From IMG/VR virus record IMGVR_UViG_3300042780_000007: a stretch of 56,503 nt of DNA. One strand, 5' to 3'. Made by a program: the position numbers and the translations under genes. The first letter of the stretch is position 1. Every line of letters begins with the position of its first letter. This document shows, in pieces, positions 28,420 through 37,860 of this stretch. Source of the stretch: a virus. The notes under the pieces were generated by a model that saw nothing but the letters and a program-made list of their open reading frames with translations, was not told the DNA's origin and did not search any database.

Positions 28420-29310
28420 TCACCTTTTGAGGACTTCATTCACTTTGTCTCTCACAAAGGAATCCATCATCTGGAAGTCTGGCATTTCCAGTGTATCATA
28501 ACAATGCTTACCCAGCATCTTCTCGAAGGTTGCATAATGCACCTTCTTGCCATCTACCATGTCGGAGTGGAGTTTCACGATATTCTGGGTATCAAATGCC
28601 AGATTCTTTTCTGATCTAATTTCCCTTGCTTTGGCATTGGAATCTGTATCATTTCTCCTTGCAGAATAAATGATATTGATTCCCTTGGAACGCAGAGCAT
28701 TGAGCTGGAGTACCAGATTCTTGTGCTTTTGCTTGATATCCGACCATTCAATGTTACCATCTTGTGCAAGTTCAGTTATGGTCTTACCAGCCATCTGTGC
28801 CTGCTGTCTCTTACCTTCATATTGAATTTCATCCCAAAAATCGGACATTGATTCAACAGCAACAATAGAACCTTCAGGTACTTCTCCCTCTTCTACCAGA
28901 TCGCAAAGTTGGGTTACGAACTTGTTGGTCTGGTCGAGGGTAACTTCTATATCCATTACGCTCTTGTATTCTCCATCTTCCATTACCCTTTTCATCACTA
29001 CAGGCTCGACCACATTGATATCATACTTCGTGTCCGGAAATTCTAGAAGGCTTGTATCCTGTGCTCGAAATTCTGTATCGATAATGAATACCGGAGCTAT
29101 ATTGGCTGCCGAACAGATAGTATAAGTCTTGCCATCTCCGGTATCACCATACAGAATCCAGTTCATTCCTTTGAAGATTGTCCTCTTGGTGAAGAATTTC
29201 TTCAAGGAATCCAGCCCCTTCTTGGAAGGAGCCTTGGGTGGATTTTTCTGTGCTTTCTTCTTGGATGTCTTGTCTTCGGATAGTGTGTCCCAATCTGCAG
29301 CTGTTGCCAT
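28420..29310 (-). CDS. P-loop ATPase, AAA_24/Sak4-like annealase
   Basis: ILYGDTGDGKT, FIIDTE, VAVESMSD; adjacent to an SSB-like gene. Confidence 0.7.
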   Translation of the reverse strand: MATAADWDTLSEDKTSKKKAQKNPPKAPSKKGLDSLKKFFTKRTIFKGMNWILYGDTGDGKTYTICSAANIAPVFIIDTEFRAQDTSLLEFPDTKYDINVVEPVVMKRVMEDGEYKSVMDIEVTLDQTNKFVTQLCDLVEEGEVPEGSIVAVESMSDFWDEIQYEGKRQQAQMAGKTITELAQDGNIEWSDIKQKHKNLVLQLNALRSKGINIIYSARRNDTDSNAKAREIRSEKNLAFDTQNIVKLHSDMVDGKKVHYATFEKMLGKHCYDTLEMPDFQMMDSFVRDKVNEVLKR

Positions 29311-29311
29311 C

Positions 29312-30547
29312 TTACATCACCGCTACGTATTTTGCGTTGTCGTTGAGTTCGATTTCACCATTCATTACTAATTCTTTCAGGGCATCTTTTACGGATTCAG
29401 TGTCGTATCCATTGCTGACTGCCTGTTTGACTGCTTCTTCACTGGAAATACCATCTTCTCCAGCGTACATTACGACTTTTACCATCAGGGAAGGTGTGGC
29501 AGTCTTGGTCTCCTGATCATCACCAATGTCGGCAACTTCTTCCTTGTCGTTGGATGCAATTTCTTCATCATCGGGCTGGTTATAATCGATTGCCTGATCA
29601 AAATCTTCCACATCTTCGGGGTTGTACTTGAATTCAGGTATTGCCCAGATTCCCATTGCGGTCATGGTTGGTCCATAATCTCCTTTGCCCTTCTTGGCAG
29701 AGGCAAATACTATGATTCTGGACATCTCACCAAAGTCAATTGGTGTGGATTCCGGTACAAAAACATTCTGTCCGTATTCGGTCTCATTGTCCAGTTTAAT
29801 TGTACGGGAGCCACCTGCATTAAGTTCCATGTCCACGGAAATTACATCGGCTTCCGTTATCAGGACATCTTTCTTGCCATGTGTTTCCACCCATTCGGGC
29901 AGTTTCTCAATCTCGATTTTGAGGTCTTTGAGATTCTTGTCCACGTATTCGTCAACCCTGATTTCGTCCCCATCAAGGATTTGCATCTTGGTGGACTTGG
30001 TACCATTCCAGACTCCATTCTTGCCAAGTTTACCATTGAGCCGGATTTGAGTAAACATTGGAATTTCCATATTCTTGGCTTGGTCTCCCTTGAGAATGAA
30101 AGTCGTAGGCTTCTTCTCCTGCAGGTCAACACCCCAGAGAATACGCATCCAATTTGGTTTCATTGGTTTACCAAAGTTACGATTTTCCATCGTTTTGTTG
30201 TAATCAAGAAATTTGTCCCTATCCAGTGGAGTTCCGGATTCGTCGGTATAACCTTCTGCAATAGCCTTCTGGGGGTTGGACTGGAACAATTTTATTGCGT
30301 CTTCCCTTGCGTTTGCACTGGAGTCAAATGCATCTTTCTGTCCGAAGACTAACATATCCAGGTTTTCGGTGGGAGCACCAATGGACTGTTTTTTGAATCC
30401 CAGCTGGAGCAGCCTCATTGCTCTTTTTTCGGCAGTTGGTTTTTCAAATCCCTTGCCGAGTTCGGTCTCAAGGTATTCATTGAATTTTGTCTGCGCTTCA
30501 TCTACACTTACGGAATATTGCTTTGCTAGTTCTTCTACGGTTGTCAT
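29312..30547 (-). CDS. Putative RPA-like ssDNA-binding protein
   Basis: OB-fold-like beta segments, acidic linker, wHTH-like end; next to the Sak4-like and Hjc genes. Confidence 0.55.
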   Translation of the reverse strand: MTTVEELAKQYSVSVDEAQTKFNEYLETELGKGFEKPTAEKRAMRLLQLGFKKQSIGAPTENLDMLVFGQKDAFDSSANAREDAIKLFQSNPQKAIAEGYTDESGTPLDRDKFLDYNKTMENRNFGKPMKPNWMRILWGVDLQEKKPTTFILKGDQAKNMEIPMFTQIRLNGKLGKNGVWNGTKSTKMQILDGDEIRVDEYVDKNLKDLKIEIEKLPEWVETHGKKDVLITEADVISVDMELNAGGSRTIKLDNETEYGQNVFVPESTPIDFGEMSRIIVFASAKKGKGDYGPTMTAMGIWAIPEFKYNPEDVEDFDQAIDYNQPDDEEIASNDKEEVADIGDDQETKTATPSLMVKVVMYAGEDGISSEEAVKQAVSNGYDTESVKDALKELVMNGEIELNDNAKYVAVM

Positions 30548-30590
30548 TTAATCACCTAAGTCACGTCGAGCCACGTGCTGTGACAGAAGG

Positions 30591-30983
30591 TTATCGGCTG
30601 TCACCCACGCTGCTTATATTGTTGGTCTCTTCATCCAGCAAACCGTCATCTTCACGGATAACCGGATAAAGCATTTGCATTACCTGCATAGGTAAGATTG
30701 TCCACACATTGCCTGTGGTATCGCCTTTGAATTGAAAGGCAAGCATCGGAATTTTGTCTTCACGCTTGGCTTCATAGATCATCTCATCAAGCCATTCCTT
30801 CTTAATCGTTATCTGTTTACCACCCTTGGAATCTTTTATGCCGGAGTATTTGACTTCGATATAAAGTTCGTCATGTAAGGTGTCAGAGGCGGTGTGCCTT
30901 GATGAGGAGCCAGAGAGGGGAGTTCTGAATGTACCAAATGTCTTGGCAATCCTACGCTCCAATTTTTTCCATGCTTTACTCAC
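30591..30983 (-). CDS. hjc: Archaeal-type Holliday junction resolvase
   Basis: WKKLERRIAK...PLSG...SD...YIEVK...EAK...PMLAF. Confidence 0.8.
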   Translation of the reverse strand: MSKAWKKLERRIAKTFGTFRTPLSGSSSRHTASDTLHDELYIEVKYSGIKDSKGGKQITIKKEWLDEMIYEAKREDKIPMLAFQFKGDTTGNVWTILPMQVMQMLYPVIREDDGLLDEETNNISSVGDSR

Positions 30984-31599
30984 TTAATGCCTCCTTCTCC
31001 TGGAGGAATCTGGCTTCCGGAGATTCCGGGCATTTTTCAGCGATCTGCTGATAAAGTTCCTTAATCTTTCTCTCCTGAAACTCGGTACGACATTCTTCGG
31101 GTACCTTTTCATAAGTGGATAGCATATTCCTTAAGACATCCGGACTTTCCACCATCTCATTAAAGGTCATGTCCTGTACCTGCTGGTACTGCATCTTGTT
31201 GTATTCAATGAGGGCTGTCTTGAGTTCATCTATGCGTCTGCGGTTCTGCTCTATCCGGTCTCCCTTGGTGTGCCTGTTTTCATTCAGGAGCTTAAGCCAC
31301 TCCTTCACGAAATCTATAGGCTCGCTGTTCTTCCGGATGTCATTGCTAACATGCTCCAGCAGGTCACGTAAAATGCTTGGACCAAGGATAAGGAATGCCT
31401 GTGATCCTCTACTCTTTATTCTGCCTCCACCAATTTCGTCTCTCAATTCATGGGCTTTGGCTTTGTTATCTGCCCTAATCCATGCAGAGGGAACTGGACT
31501 TGCCCTGCCTACATTAGAGGATTTGAACTTTGCATTATCAATAAGCTTCCTCCATTTGAGCATGAGCCGACCATCATCAAGTCTATCTTTTACTGTCAT
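30976..31599 (-). CDS. Hypothetical protein with a possible degenerate LAGLIDADG-like domain
   Basis: WIRADNKAKAHELRDEIGGGRI...LRDLLEHV pattern; no intact LAGLIDADG helix seen. Confidence 0.5.
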   Translation of the reverse strand: MTVKDRLDDGRLMLKWRKLIDNAKFKSSNVGRASPVPSAWIRADNKAKAHELRDEIGGGRIKSRGSQAFLILGPSILRDLLEHVSNDIRKNSEPIDFVKEWLKLLNENRHTKGDRIEQNRRRIDELKTALIEYNKMQYQQVQDMTFNEMVESPDVLRNMLSTYEKVPEECRTEFQERKIKELYQQIAEKCPESPEARFLQEKEALSE

Positions 31600-32258
31600 T
31601 TACCATACACTTCCTTCATGAACCCTTTACGGGCATCGCCCATTTTAAGTTGGACTAAATCCTGTTCGGTTCGTATATACTTTCTTGCTTTAATGTTTTC
31701 ACCCATCTTGTCAAAAATTCTCTGTTCGAATTCATTTTTCATATCGGTCATAGTTTGAGGCGGTTTGGTTCTCGCCTGTCTGTGTTCATAATAAACTACG
31801 CACCTTATATGAAACTCATTAAGAAGCTCTCTCAATTCAGTCAGGAAGGTATAAAGACTGATGTGCCTCTTCTTACAGAGTTCAGCCTCAACTTTTGTGG
31901 CGTAGGCAACATACCAGTTGCCATAACCTTTGACATCGAACTGGAAAGTCCTATGAAAATCATCTACTTGTGTAAGGATTGAAATATATTTGGAGAGAGT
32001 ACGCATTGAAATACTCCCTCCATAATTGTTCTCTGCCTTACTTATTATGCCGTACTCTTCCCGTAAAGCATCCGGAATATCACTCGTACATATTATCTTC
32101 TTGTTGAGGAGAAGATCATATAGTGCAGCCAGTGTTTCATAGTCCAGATGCCTTTTACGTTTAAAACTTTCAATCCGGTCAAGTTCTTCTTCAAGGTCAA
32201 TGGTCATCCTAATGACCAATGGATTCTCTTTCTTCTCGTTCATTGGTCTTAAAGACAT
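31596..32258 (-). CDS. Hypothetical protein, possible wHTH
   Basis: GAGGTG RBS; ISMRTLSKYISIL. Confidence 0.6.
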   Translation of the reverse strand: MSLRPMNEKKENPLVIRMTIDLEEELDRIESFKRKRHLDYETLAALYDLLLNKKIICTSDIPDALREEYGIISKAENNYGGSISMRTLSKYISILTQVDDFHRTFQFDVKGYGNWYVAYATKVEAELCKKRHISLYTFLTELRELLNEFHIRCVVYYEHRQARTKPPQTMTDMKNEFEQRIFDKMGENIKARKYIRTEQDLVQLKMGDARKGFMKEVYGK

Positions 32259-32267
32259 CTTTGCACC

Positions 32268-33317
32268 TCATTCTATCTTTACCTTGATATTCTTTTTAAT
32301 GTTTTCGTCCTCCACTTCGACGAATTTATCTTGCAACTGTTCCTTCTCCTGAATGTCCAGCATATCCGATGCTATGTGTTCCAGTGTGTCCTTTACTCCA
32401 TGGCTTGCATCATGAGAGGACACGGAAGTTATGGCGTTTATAATACCCCACAGGTTGTCGGCATGAGCCCCGTGCATCCTGTCGTTTATGCGCTTCTTGA
32501 CTTCCGTGGCTATTTTGCCAGACATCTTTTTCTCCAAGACGTAGTGATCTATCAAGTTGTTGGCTTCCTCTTTGGTAACAAGGATACTCTTTGCCCTGTC
32601 AATGCTTTCCAGTACGTTCCAAGCATTGTCTAATATTTCGCCTACCTTGATAGTAAACTCTTCCAAGAGTTCCTCTTTATTACCCAGATGAGTCTCTGTG
32701 ATGGATTCTTCTGTCTTGTAGGATACCATACCATTTTCGCATTCCAGTCTCTCAAAATAAAGGGAAACTGTTATGCTTCGTGTACCATATTCATTGTTCT
32801 TGATCTGCAATCCGGTAGAGATTATATCCCCGACCTCACCATCCGAAACATTGTCTTTGATAACGTATCGGGTAACATCATAACCTCTGGGATAGGTTGT
32901 CTTGTACCTCATGGAATCTACTTGAGTTACACCTTCCTGAATCATTATCTCTTCGGCATAGTGTTCCAGTTCTTCCATGTCGATAGGTACATAACTACTA
33001 CCAACAACAGACATGATATCTCCGGTATCCTTCAATCTCCTGAAGATAAGAGGATTATTGTCCTTCCTCATGTGCAGCATCTCAAGGAATTTGGCATTAG
33101 TATTTGGGCAAGCACCATCCTCTTCCATTTCCTTGTCAAAGATTGACTTATACGCTCCGGTCATTCTAAAAAGTTTGGTCACTGCAAATCCTTTGAGTTC
33201 AAGTGGTCCGTGTACAGTATCCAAAAGCATGTGGTTGTCTCCCACATACTTGGCATCTTCAATCTCGCTTCCCTTAATTTCTATATTTTCCCATTTAGTC
33301 TCCGGTGGATAATCCAT
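32268..33317 (-). CDS. DUF932-like protein
   Basis: SVVGSSYVPI...GLQIKNNEYGTRS...FERLECENGMV...LWGIINAIT. Confidence 0.75.
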   Translation of the reverse strand: MDYPPETKWENIEIKGSEIEDAKYVGDNHMLLDTVHGPLELKGFAVTKLFRMTGAYKSIFDKEMEEDGACPNTNAKFLEMLHMRKDNNPLIFRRLKDTGDIMSVVGSSYVPIDMEELEHYAEEIMIQEGVTQVDSMRYKTTYPRGYDVTRYVIKDNVSDGEVGDIISTGLQIKNNEYGTRSITVSLYFERLECENGMVSYKTEESITETHLGNKEELLEEFTIKVGEILDNAWNVLESIDRAKSILVTKEEANNLIDHYVLEKKMSGKIATEVKKRINDRMHGAHADNLWGIINAITSVSSHDASHGVKDTLEHIASDMLDIQEKEQLQDKFVEVEDENIKKNIKVKIE

Positions 33318-33322
33318 TGCTC

Positions 33323-33547
33323 TTACTCCTGTGGTTCTTCTTCGTAGCCTATTCCTAAGAAATACTTCATCATTGCTATAGCCAAGCCCAGAAAGCTAAA
33401 TAATATAACAATGAGTCCAATCACAAAGATCGGTGTAACTCCAATCCCTGCACCTATTATGCAAAGCACGACACCAAGCAAAAACATTGCCCAGCCCTGT
33501 ACCCACATTATTCTGGGGTCTGTTGACCTAAAGTTCGTGTAATCCAT
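33323..33547 (-). CDS. Small membrane protein with two transmembrane helices
   Basis: Almost entirely hydrophobic core. Confidence 0.7.
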   Translation of the reverse strand: MDYTNFRSTDPRIMWVQGWAMFLLGVVLCIIGAGIGVTPIFVIGLIVILFSFLGLAIAMMKYFLGIGYEEEPQE

Positions 33548-33548
33548 T

Positions 33549-34052
33549 TCATACCTCCGTTATTACTCTGTTACAGGCAGGACAAAGCACCACCGATGTT
33601 TCACCTTGTAGGGTAAACACCACGCACCTTACTTGAAGGAACTTTGGTATATTACCACAAAAGTGACATCTGTGGAAATCCTGTCTGAGCGGTTCTCGGA
33701 ATCTAAGGACACTAAGGGAATTGAAAGGTATCCCTACGGTTCCCTTATCATTCCTCACCACGGCAGGTATGGGTTTACTGGCTTCCCTGAAACGGTATAC
33801 CCCACGTTTGGAATCTGCATACTCGATCAGGTGGGCTTCCAAGGATTGCTCAACCAAAGCCTTACATTTTCTTCTAGTCTTATGGTAATCCTCACCAGAT
33901 TGCCTGCTGAAGAAGGTTGCCATCCTTGTCAAATTCCATCTGCGTGTTCCCATAACCAGCTTGAAATGCTTCAACATTTCGCTGCTGGTTAACGAAGATG
34001 AGGAGTAGTCCTCATCCACGTTTTTGTCCTCTCCATCACACATCAACATCAC
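33549..34052 (-). CDS. Putative wHTH plus Zn-finger protein
   Basis: C-terminal CHFC...CPAC. Confidence 0.55.
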   Translation of the reverse strand: MMLMCDGEDKNVDEDYSSSSLTSSEMLKHFKLVMGTRRWNLTRMATFFSRQSGEDYHKTRRKCKALVEQSLEAHLIEYADSKRGVYRFREASKPIPAVVRNDKGTVGIPFNSLSVLRFREPLRQDFHRCHFCGNIPKFLQVRCVVFTLQGETSVVLCPACNRVITEV

Positions 34053-34618
34053 TTATCGTCGCTACCCCTATACTTTAACTCTGCACCAAGTTCCCATAAT
34101 TCCTTGATGAGGGGGTGAGCATTGGTGCGTGTGCCAGTGTACCAGAGTTGATCTCCTTGATACTCCGGTTCCTTGCCCAATGCAAGTACAGATTTCAGGA
34201 AGACAGCTTCAATACATACCTTGTCTCCGGATTCATCAACACCTTCCCACCCAGCACCATTCCATGCTGTGGCTCCTGTTTTCTTGATGATTTTCTTTAT
34301 TTTGTTCTTGCTGTCGTGGTAGGTTCCTTCAGGGAGGAGGAAACCAATGGTAACCTCTTCCTCCCCTTCCTCCATAAGCGATTCGTACAACTGCTTTTCT
34401 TCTGCTGTCCTTTCAAACATATTCTCTTCCTCTTCTAGATTTTCCCATCTTATAGGAGCAGACAACCTGCCCCTTGCATGCCAATAATCATACTCTTCCT
34501 TTTCAAATGTCCGGTGACTCCCACATTTCGGGCAGTGGTACTGAAGGCGTTTAACCTCAATATACATGCCTTCCCAGCCACAGCCCACACAAATCACTGG
34601 TGTCTTACTGTTCGCCAT
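34049..34618 (-). CDS. Zn-ribbon-containing hypothetical protein
   Basis: CVGCG...CPKCGS. Confidence 0.65.
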   Translation of the reverse strand: MANSKTPVICVGCGWEGMYIEVKRLQYHCPKCGSHRTFEKEEYDYWHARGRLSAPIRWENLEEEENMFERTAEEKQLYESLMEEGEEEVTIGFLLPEGTYHDSKNKIKKIIKKTGATAWNGAGWEGVDESGDKVCIEAVFLKSVLALGKEPEYQGDQLWYTGTRTNAHPLIKELWELGAELKYRGSDDK

Positions 34619-34841
34619 CCATGTCTAGCCTCCTATTTTTATATGCTAGGACTGCCTGTTGAAGCACTTTGGAACTTTGAACGCATACTTCTGCACCAGC
34701 AGTCATAGCATCTATGTCTTCATTCTCCAGTTCCCGTTCAATGATATTGCAAAGTTGCCTAACTCTGGTAAGGTCTGCAATAACATTGCTTCTGCTTGCC
34801 GATACTGCCAATTCTCTCATTATCTTTTCTTGTTTGCTCAT
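34605..34841 (-). CDS. Helical hypothetical protein
   Basis: Start moved to ATG 34841 (ATGA overlap). Confidence 0.6.
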   Translation of the reverse strand: MSKQEKIMRELAVSASRSNVIADLTRVRQLCNIIERELENEDIDAMTAGAEVCVQSSKVLQQAVLAYKNRRLDMDGEQ

Positions 34842-35059
34842 ACAAATTCTCCCTGTTCCATCATTATTGTTTCCAGTAGTCCTTCTGAATCTATCGTAAA
34901 TTCCAGTCCACAGTCCGGACAGTAGAGCACGGATTCCATGCCCTCGTAAATCTCTGCCGGATCGTGGTTGAAGTATTGAACCTCTGCCATGCATTTTGGA
35001 CAGTACACCGGATATTCAATGTTTATTCTCTTACCGATTATTGCGTAGTCTGTTCCCAT
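34838..35059 (-). CDS. Zn-ribbon protein
   Basis: CPKC...CPDCG. Confidence 0.7.
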   Translation of the reverse strand: MGTDYAIIGKRINIEYPVYCPKCMAEVQYFNHDPAEIYEGMESVLYCPDCGLEFTIDSEGLLETIMMEQGEFV

Positions 35060-35060
35060 C

Positions 35061-35303
35061 TTATTCCTCCCTTAATGATTTAGCCATATCCTTTGAGGCT
35101 TCCTTTATATTATTGTCCTCAATTTCCTTTCTCAAGATATCAAGTTCCCTTCTTCTACCATTAAATGATCTGCGTACAAGTTCTCTGGTTTCTGGATAAA
35201 CTGATTCTATTGCTTTATTCTGTTCTCTATTGAGTGTTTTTATTCGAAAATCGATATAAGCAAGTACATCTTTTTTCTCCAGTAGTTGATCAAGTATTCC
35301 CAT
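35061..35303 (-). CDS. Hypothetical protein
   Basis: GGAGG RBS; 80 aa. Confidence 0.65.
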   Translation of the reverse strand: MGILDQLLEKKDVLAYIDFRIKTLNREQNKAIESVYPETRELVRRSFNGRRRELDILRKEIEDNNIKEASKDMAKSLREE

Positions 35304-35304
35304 C

Positions 35305-35610
35305 TTATTCCTCCTTGAGGTGGTATCCTCTCTTGTTTATTTCATCTTCCAGTTCGGAGATGTCTGCATCATCAAGGGCTTCTTGCAGGTCTTCGTAGCA
35401 GTTTATACTATCTCTCTGCACTACTTCATACAGGATTTCGTCATCATCTGCATCCAGTAAGGCATCCACACGGGCATAATAAACCTCGTCCTCGGTCATC
35501 TCTATTACTTCCCGTGCCTCTTCTCCATCAAGAGTGTCCTTAATTATCTCAAGTCCGTATTCGTCAATTGCCATTCTGATTACTTGCTTTGCAAAATCCT
35601 TTTCATACAT
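35305..35610 (-). CDS. Very acidic hypothetical protein
   Basis: GAGGT RBS; D/E-rich. Confidence 0.65.
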   Translation of the reverse strand: MYEKDFAKQVIRMAIDEYGLEIIKDTLDGEEAREVIEMTEDEVYYARVDALLDADDDEILYEVVQRDSINCYEDLQEALDDADISELEDEINKRGYHLKEE

Positions 35611-35658
35611 TATTCATACCTCGTGTCTTTGGTCTGCCTGTCCTAATAATCCTTGTCC

Positions 35659-35961
35659 TTATAAATCATTGCGCTTTGCCACTAGTTTATAATAACTGTT
35701 GTTCCTATCAATGTATTCCTTATTAAATGAAATACACCAACCCCTTTCTAAAAAAAGAAAGAAAAAATAAATTAGCATCTTTTTTATATTTTTTCTTTTC
35801 TTTTTTGTATTTGGTACTATTGCTATTATCTCATTATCTCCTGTTTCTACAATACTGAAACCTTTCTTTTGTAGTTTATCTTTCAAGTCCTCTGTAGTTC
35901 TGGTTCCCAAGGACAAGGGTTTCTGGCACCCTCGTCGTTCGGGCTGAAGGTTTGGGATCAA
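35659..35961 (-). CDS. Basic hypothetical protein
   Basis: TTG start after GGAGG. Confidence 0.55.
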   Translation of the reverse strand: MIPNLQPERRGCQKPLSLGTRTTEDLKDKLQKKGFSIVETGDNEIIAIVPNTKKKRKNIKKMLIYFFFLFLERGWCISFNKEYIDRNNSYYKLVAKRNDL

Positions 35962-36206
35962 TCATCTGCCTCCACGATGTCCACCATGAACATTGTTATT
36001 CTACGTGCCTCTTCCAATTTGTCGGTTTCCCTCTTGAATTCATTGACCTTCTAACCGATTGCCTTGTCTAGTTCCACGATAAATTCACGGGTGCTGTTTG
36101 TCCTCCGTGCTGTCTGTTCAATCAGCCAAGGCATGTGCTGGGATTGTGCTGTGGCTTCTCCAAGTACGGTATAGACCGATTCAAGATTAATGTTTGCTTT
36201 TGCCAT
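35958..36206 (-). CDS. Hypothetical protein with an in-frame TAG at codon 52 (82 aa if read through)
   Basis: AGGTGA RBS and ATG 36206; TAG at 36051-36053; read-through ends at TGA 35958, overlapping the next TTG start. Confidence 0.65.
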
Positions 36207-36210
36207 GATA

Positions 36211-37722
36211 TCACCTGTTGTTGAATGCTTCAAGTACCTCGTTCTTTGATCTTATAAACAAATTGTTCCAGTCGTTCCATTGTCTCCCCATCAAGCGCAA
36301 GACAAGTCCTTCCCTGCTGGCAAAGAGTTCATTGTGTTCGGAATACCAGCAGTGAGTATATTCATGGGCAGCCAGCATAAAAATTTCGATTCCGGTGGCT
36401 ATTTTGCCCTTTGTACTCTCCACGGCATTTGGATTGATAAGAAAAACTCTCTTGCTATCCTTCCTGAAGACTTTAGCGTTGCATTCTTTGTCAAAAGTAA
36501 ATCCAACACCGATTTCTACGTTCTGGTTGAATTCTTCTTCTATCTTGAGGATTATATTTGTCCAGTAGTGTAGGATGGTTTGAAGCTTCTTGGAATCTAT
36601 CTTCATCGGATAGTTCTTGGTGTCTTCCCTTCTTTCCACCATGAACTCGTATCCCATTGGTCCAATTTCATGCTTGCTTCCTTCCAGCATGTCACTAACC
36701 AGCTGTCCAAGTTCCGGAAAGGTGTCGGATACTTGTTCTTCCACGGCTTTATAGTTAGTTATTCCGCTTGTGGTGTTCTGTGCTGTGATGGCTTCAATAA
36801 AGTCCTTCTTATGGTCTGTTACCTCCGGATGATGAAACTCATTCAGTTTGTCCATCACATTCAGTCCGGCAAAGGTGTCAATTACCATCTGCGGTTTCTT
36901 CTCCGTGGCTGATCTGGGATCAACGATCATCTCGTTTATCTTTTCATCCAGTTTAGACCTGAATGGATAGACAAGATTATCCCTGTTGGCAGCAAGGAAA
37001 TTGACGGACTCGCCCTTGAGTTCCACATAAACCGTGGACTCCAAGTTCGGCATCATTCTCCAGAACATGGGAATGCCACGGAGCCTCACGACCATTTTGC
37101 TACTCTCAAAATTCTTGTCCACTATGAAATCCGCAAGCTCACTGCTCTTGAGAGTACCTTTGACCTTCTCGCATTTGACCTCTTCTCCATCAAGGCAAAT
37201 TGTTGCCTCTGTGGAAAGGAAAGATAAAAAGTGTTCAACTTTGTATTTCCAGAAGCCAGCGTCATAAATAGAGCCTTCTTCGTACAAATTGATTGATATC
37301 TCGGTGCCAGTCTTGCATTCAGTCTCAATGCACCTAATTGGTTCCTTGCCAATCATTTCGTTGTTTATCTCATACAACGTCGTTCCGTCTTGAGAAGATT
37401 TAATCGACCATAGACTCCATGCAAAGAAAAGGATTTCCTTTGCCTTGCCGAATCCGCCAACGGAACCTTCCTTCTTCTGGGAACCACCAAGCACAAGTAA
37501 CTTGTCACGAATAATGTTTGCATTCATTCCGCAGCCATCATCCACGACAGTTATCGTGTTGGCTTCCTTATCAATATCAATGCTTACCTAACTGGCTCCA
37601 GCATCCAGACTGTTCTGAATCGCTTCACGAATCCAGACCGTTGGTAGATCGTTTGAATAATCTGCTCTGGCATTCCTGCGGAAATAATCGGCACCTATAA
37701 CAATATTTGCTACTTCTTCCAT
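36211..37722 (-). CDS. GHKL (Hsp90/MORC/rIIA-like) ATPase with C-terminal HExxH motif and an in-frame TAG at codon 45
   Basis: GGAGG RBS and ATG 37722; REAIQNSLDAGAS*VSIDID...VVDDGCGM...GGFGKAK...GTEI; C-terminal HEYTH...H. Confidence 0.85.
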
Positions 37723-37741
37723 TATAAACCTCCTTTAAATC

Positions 37742-37764
37742 CCAAAAGAAGACATCTCTTTTGG
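37742..37764. other. Intergenic stem-loop (8 bp stem)
   Basis: CCAAAAGA-N7-TCTTTTGG just upstream of the GHKL gene RBS. Confidence 0.5.
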
Positions 37765-37860
37765 TCTGCTTGTCGCATCCTTATGCTGTGTCCAGTCCAT
37801 GCTCTCGATGTCAAGGGAGTCGCTCTCTTTGGCTCCCTTGGCTATCTCCGGCTGGCTGTC

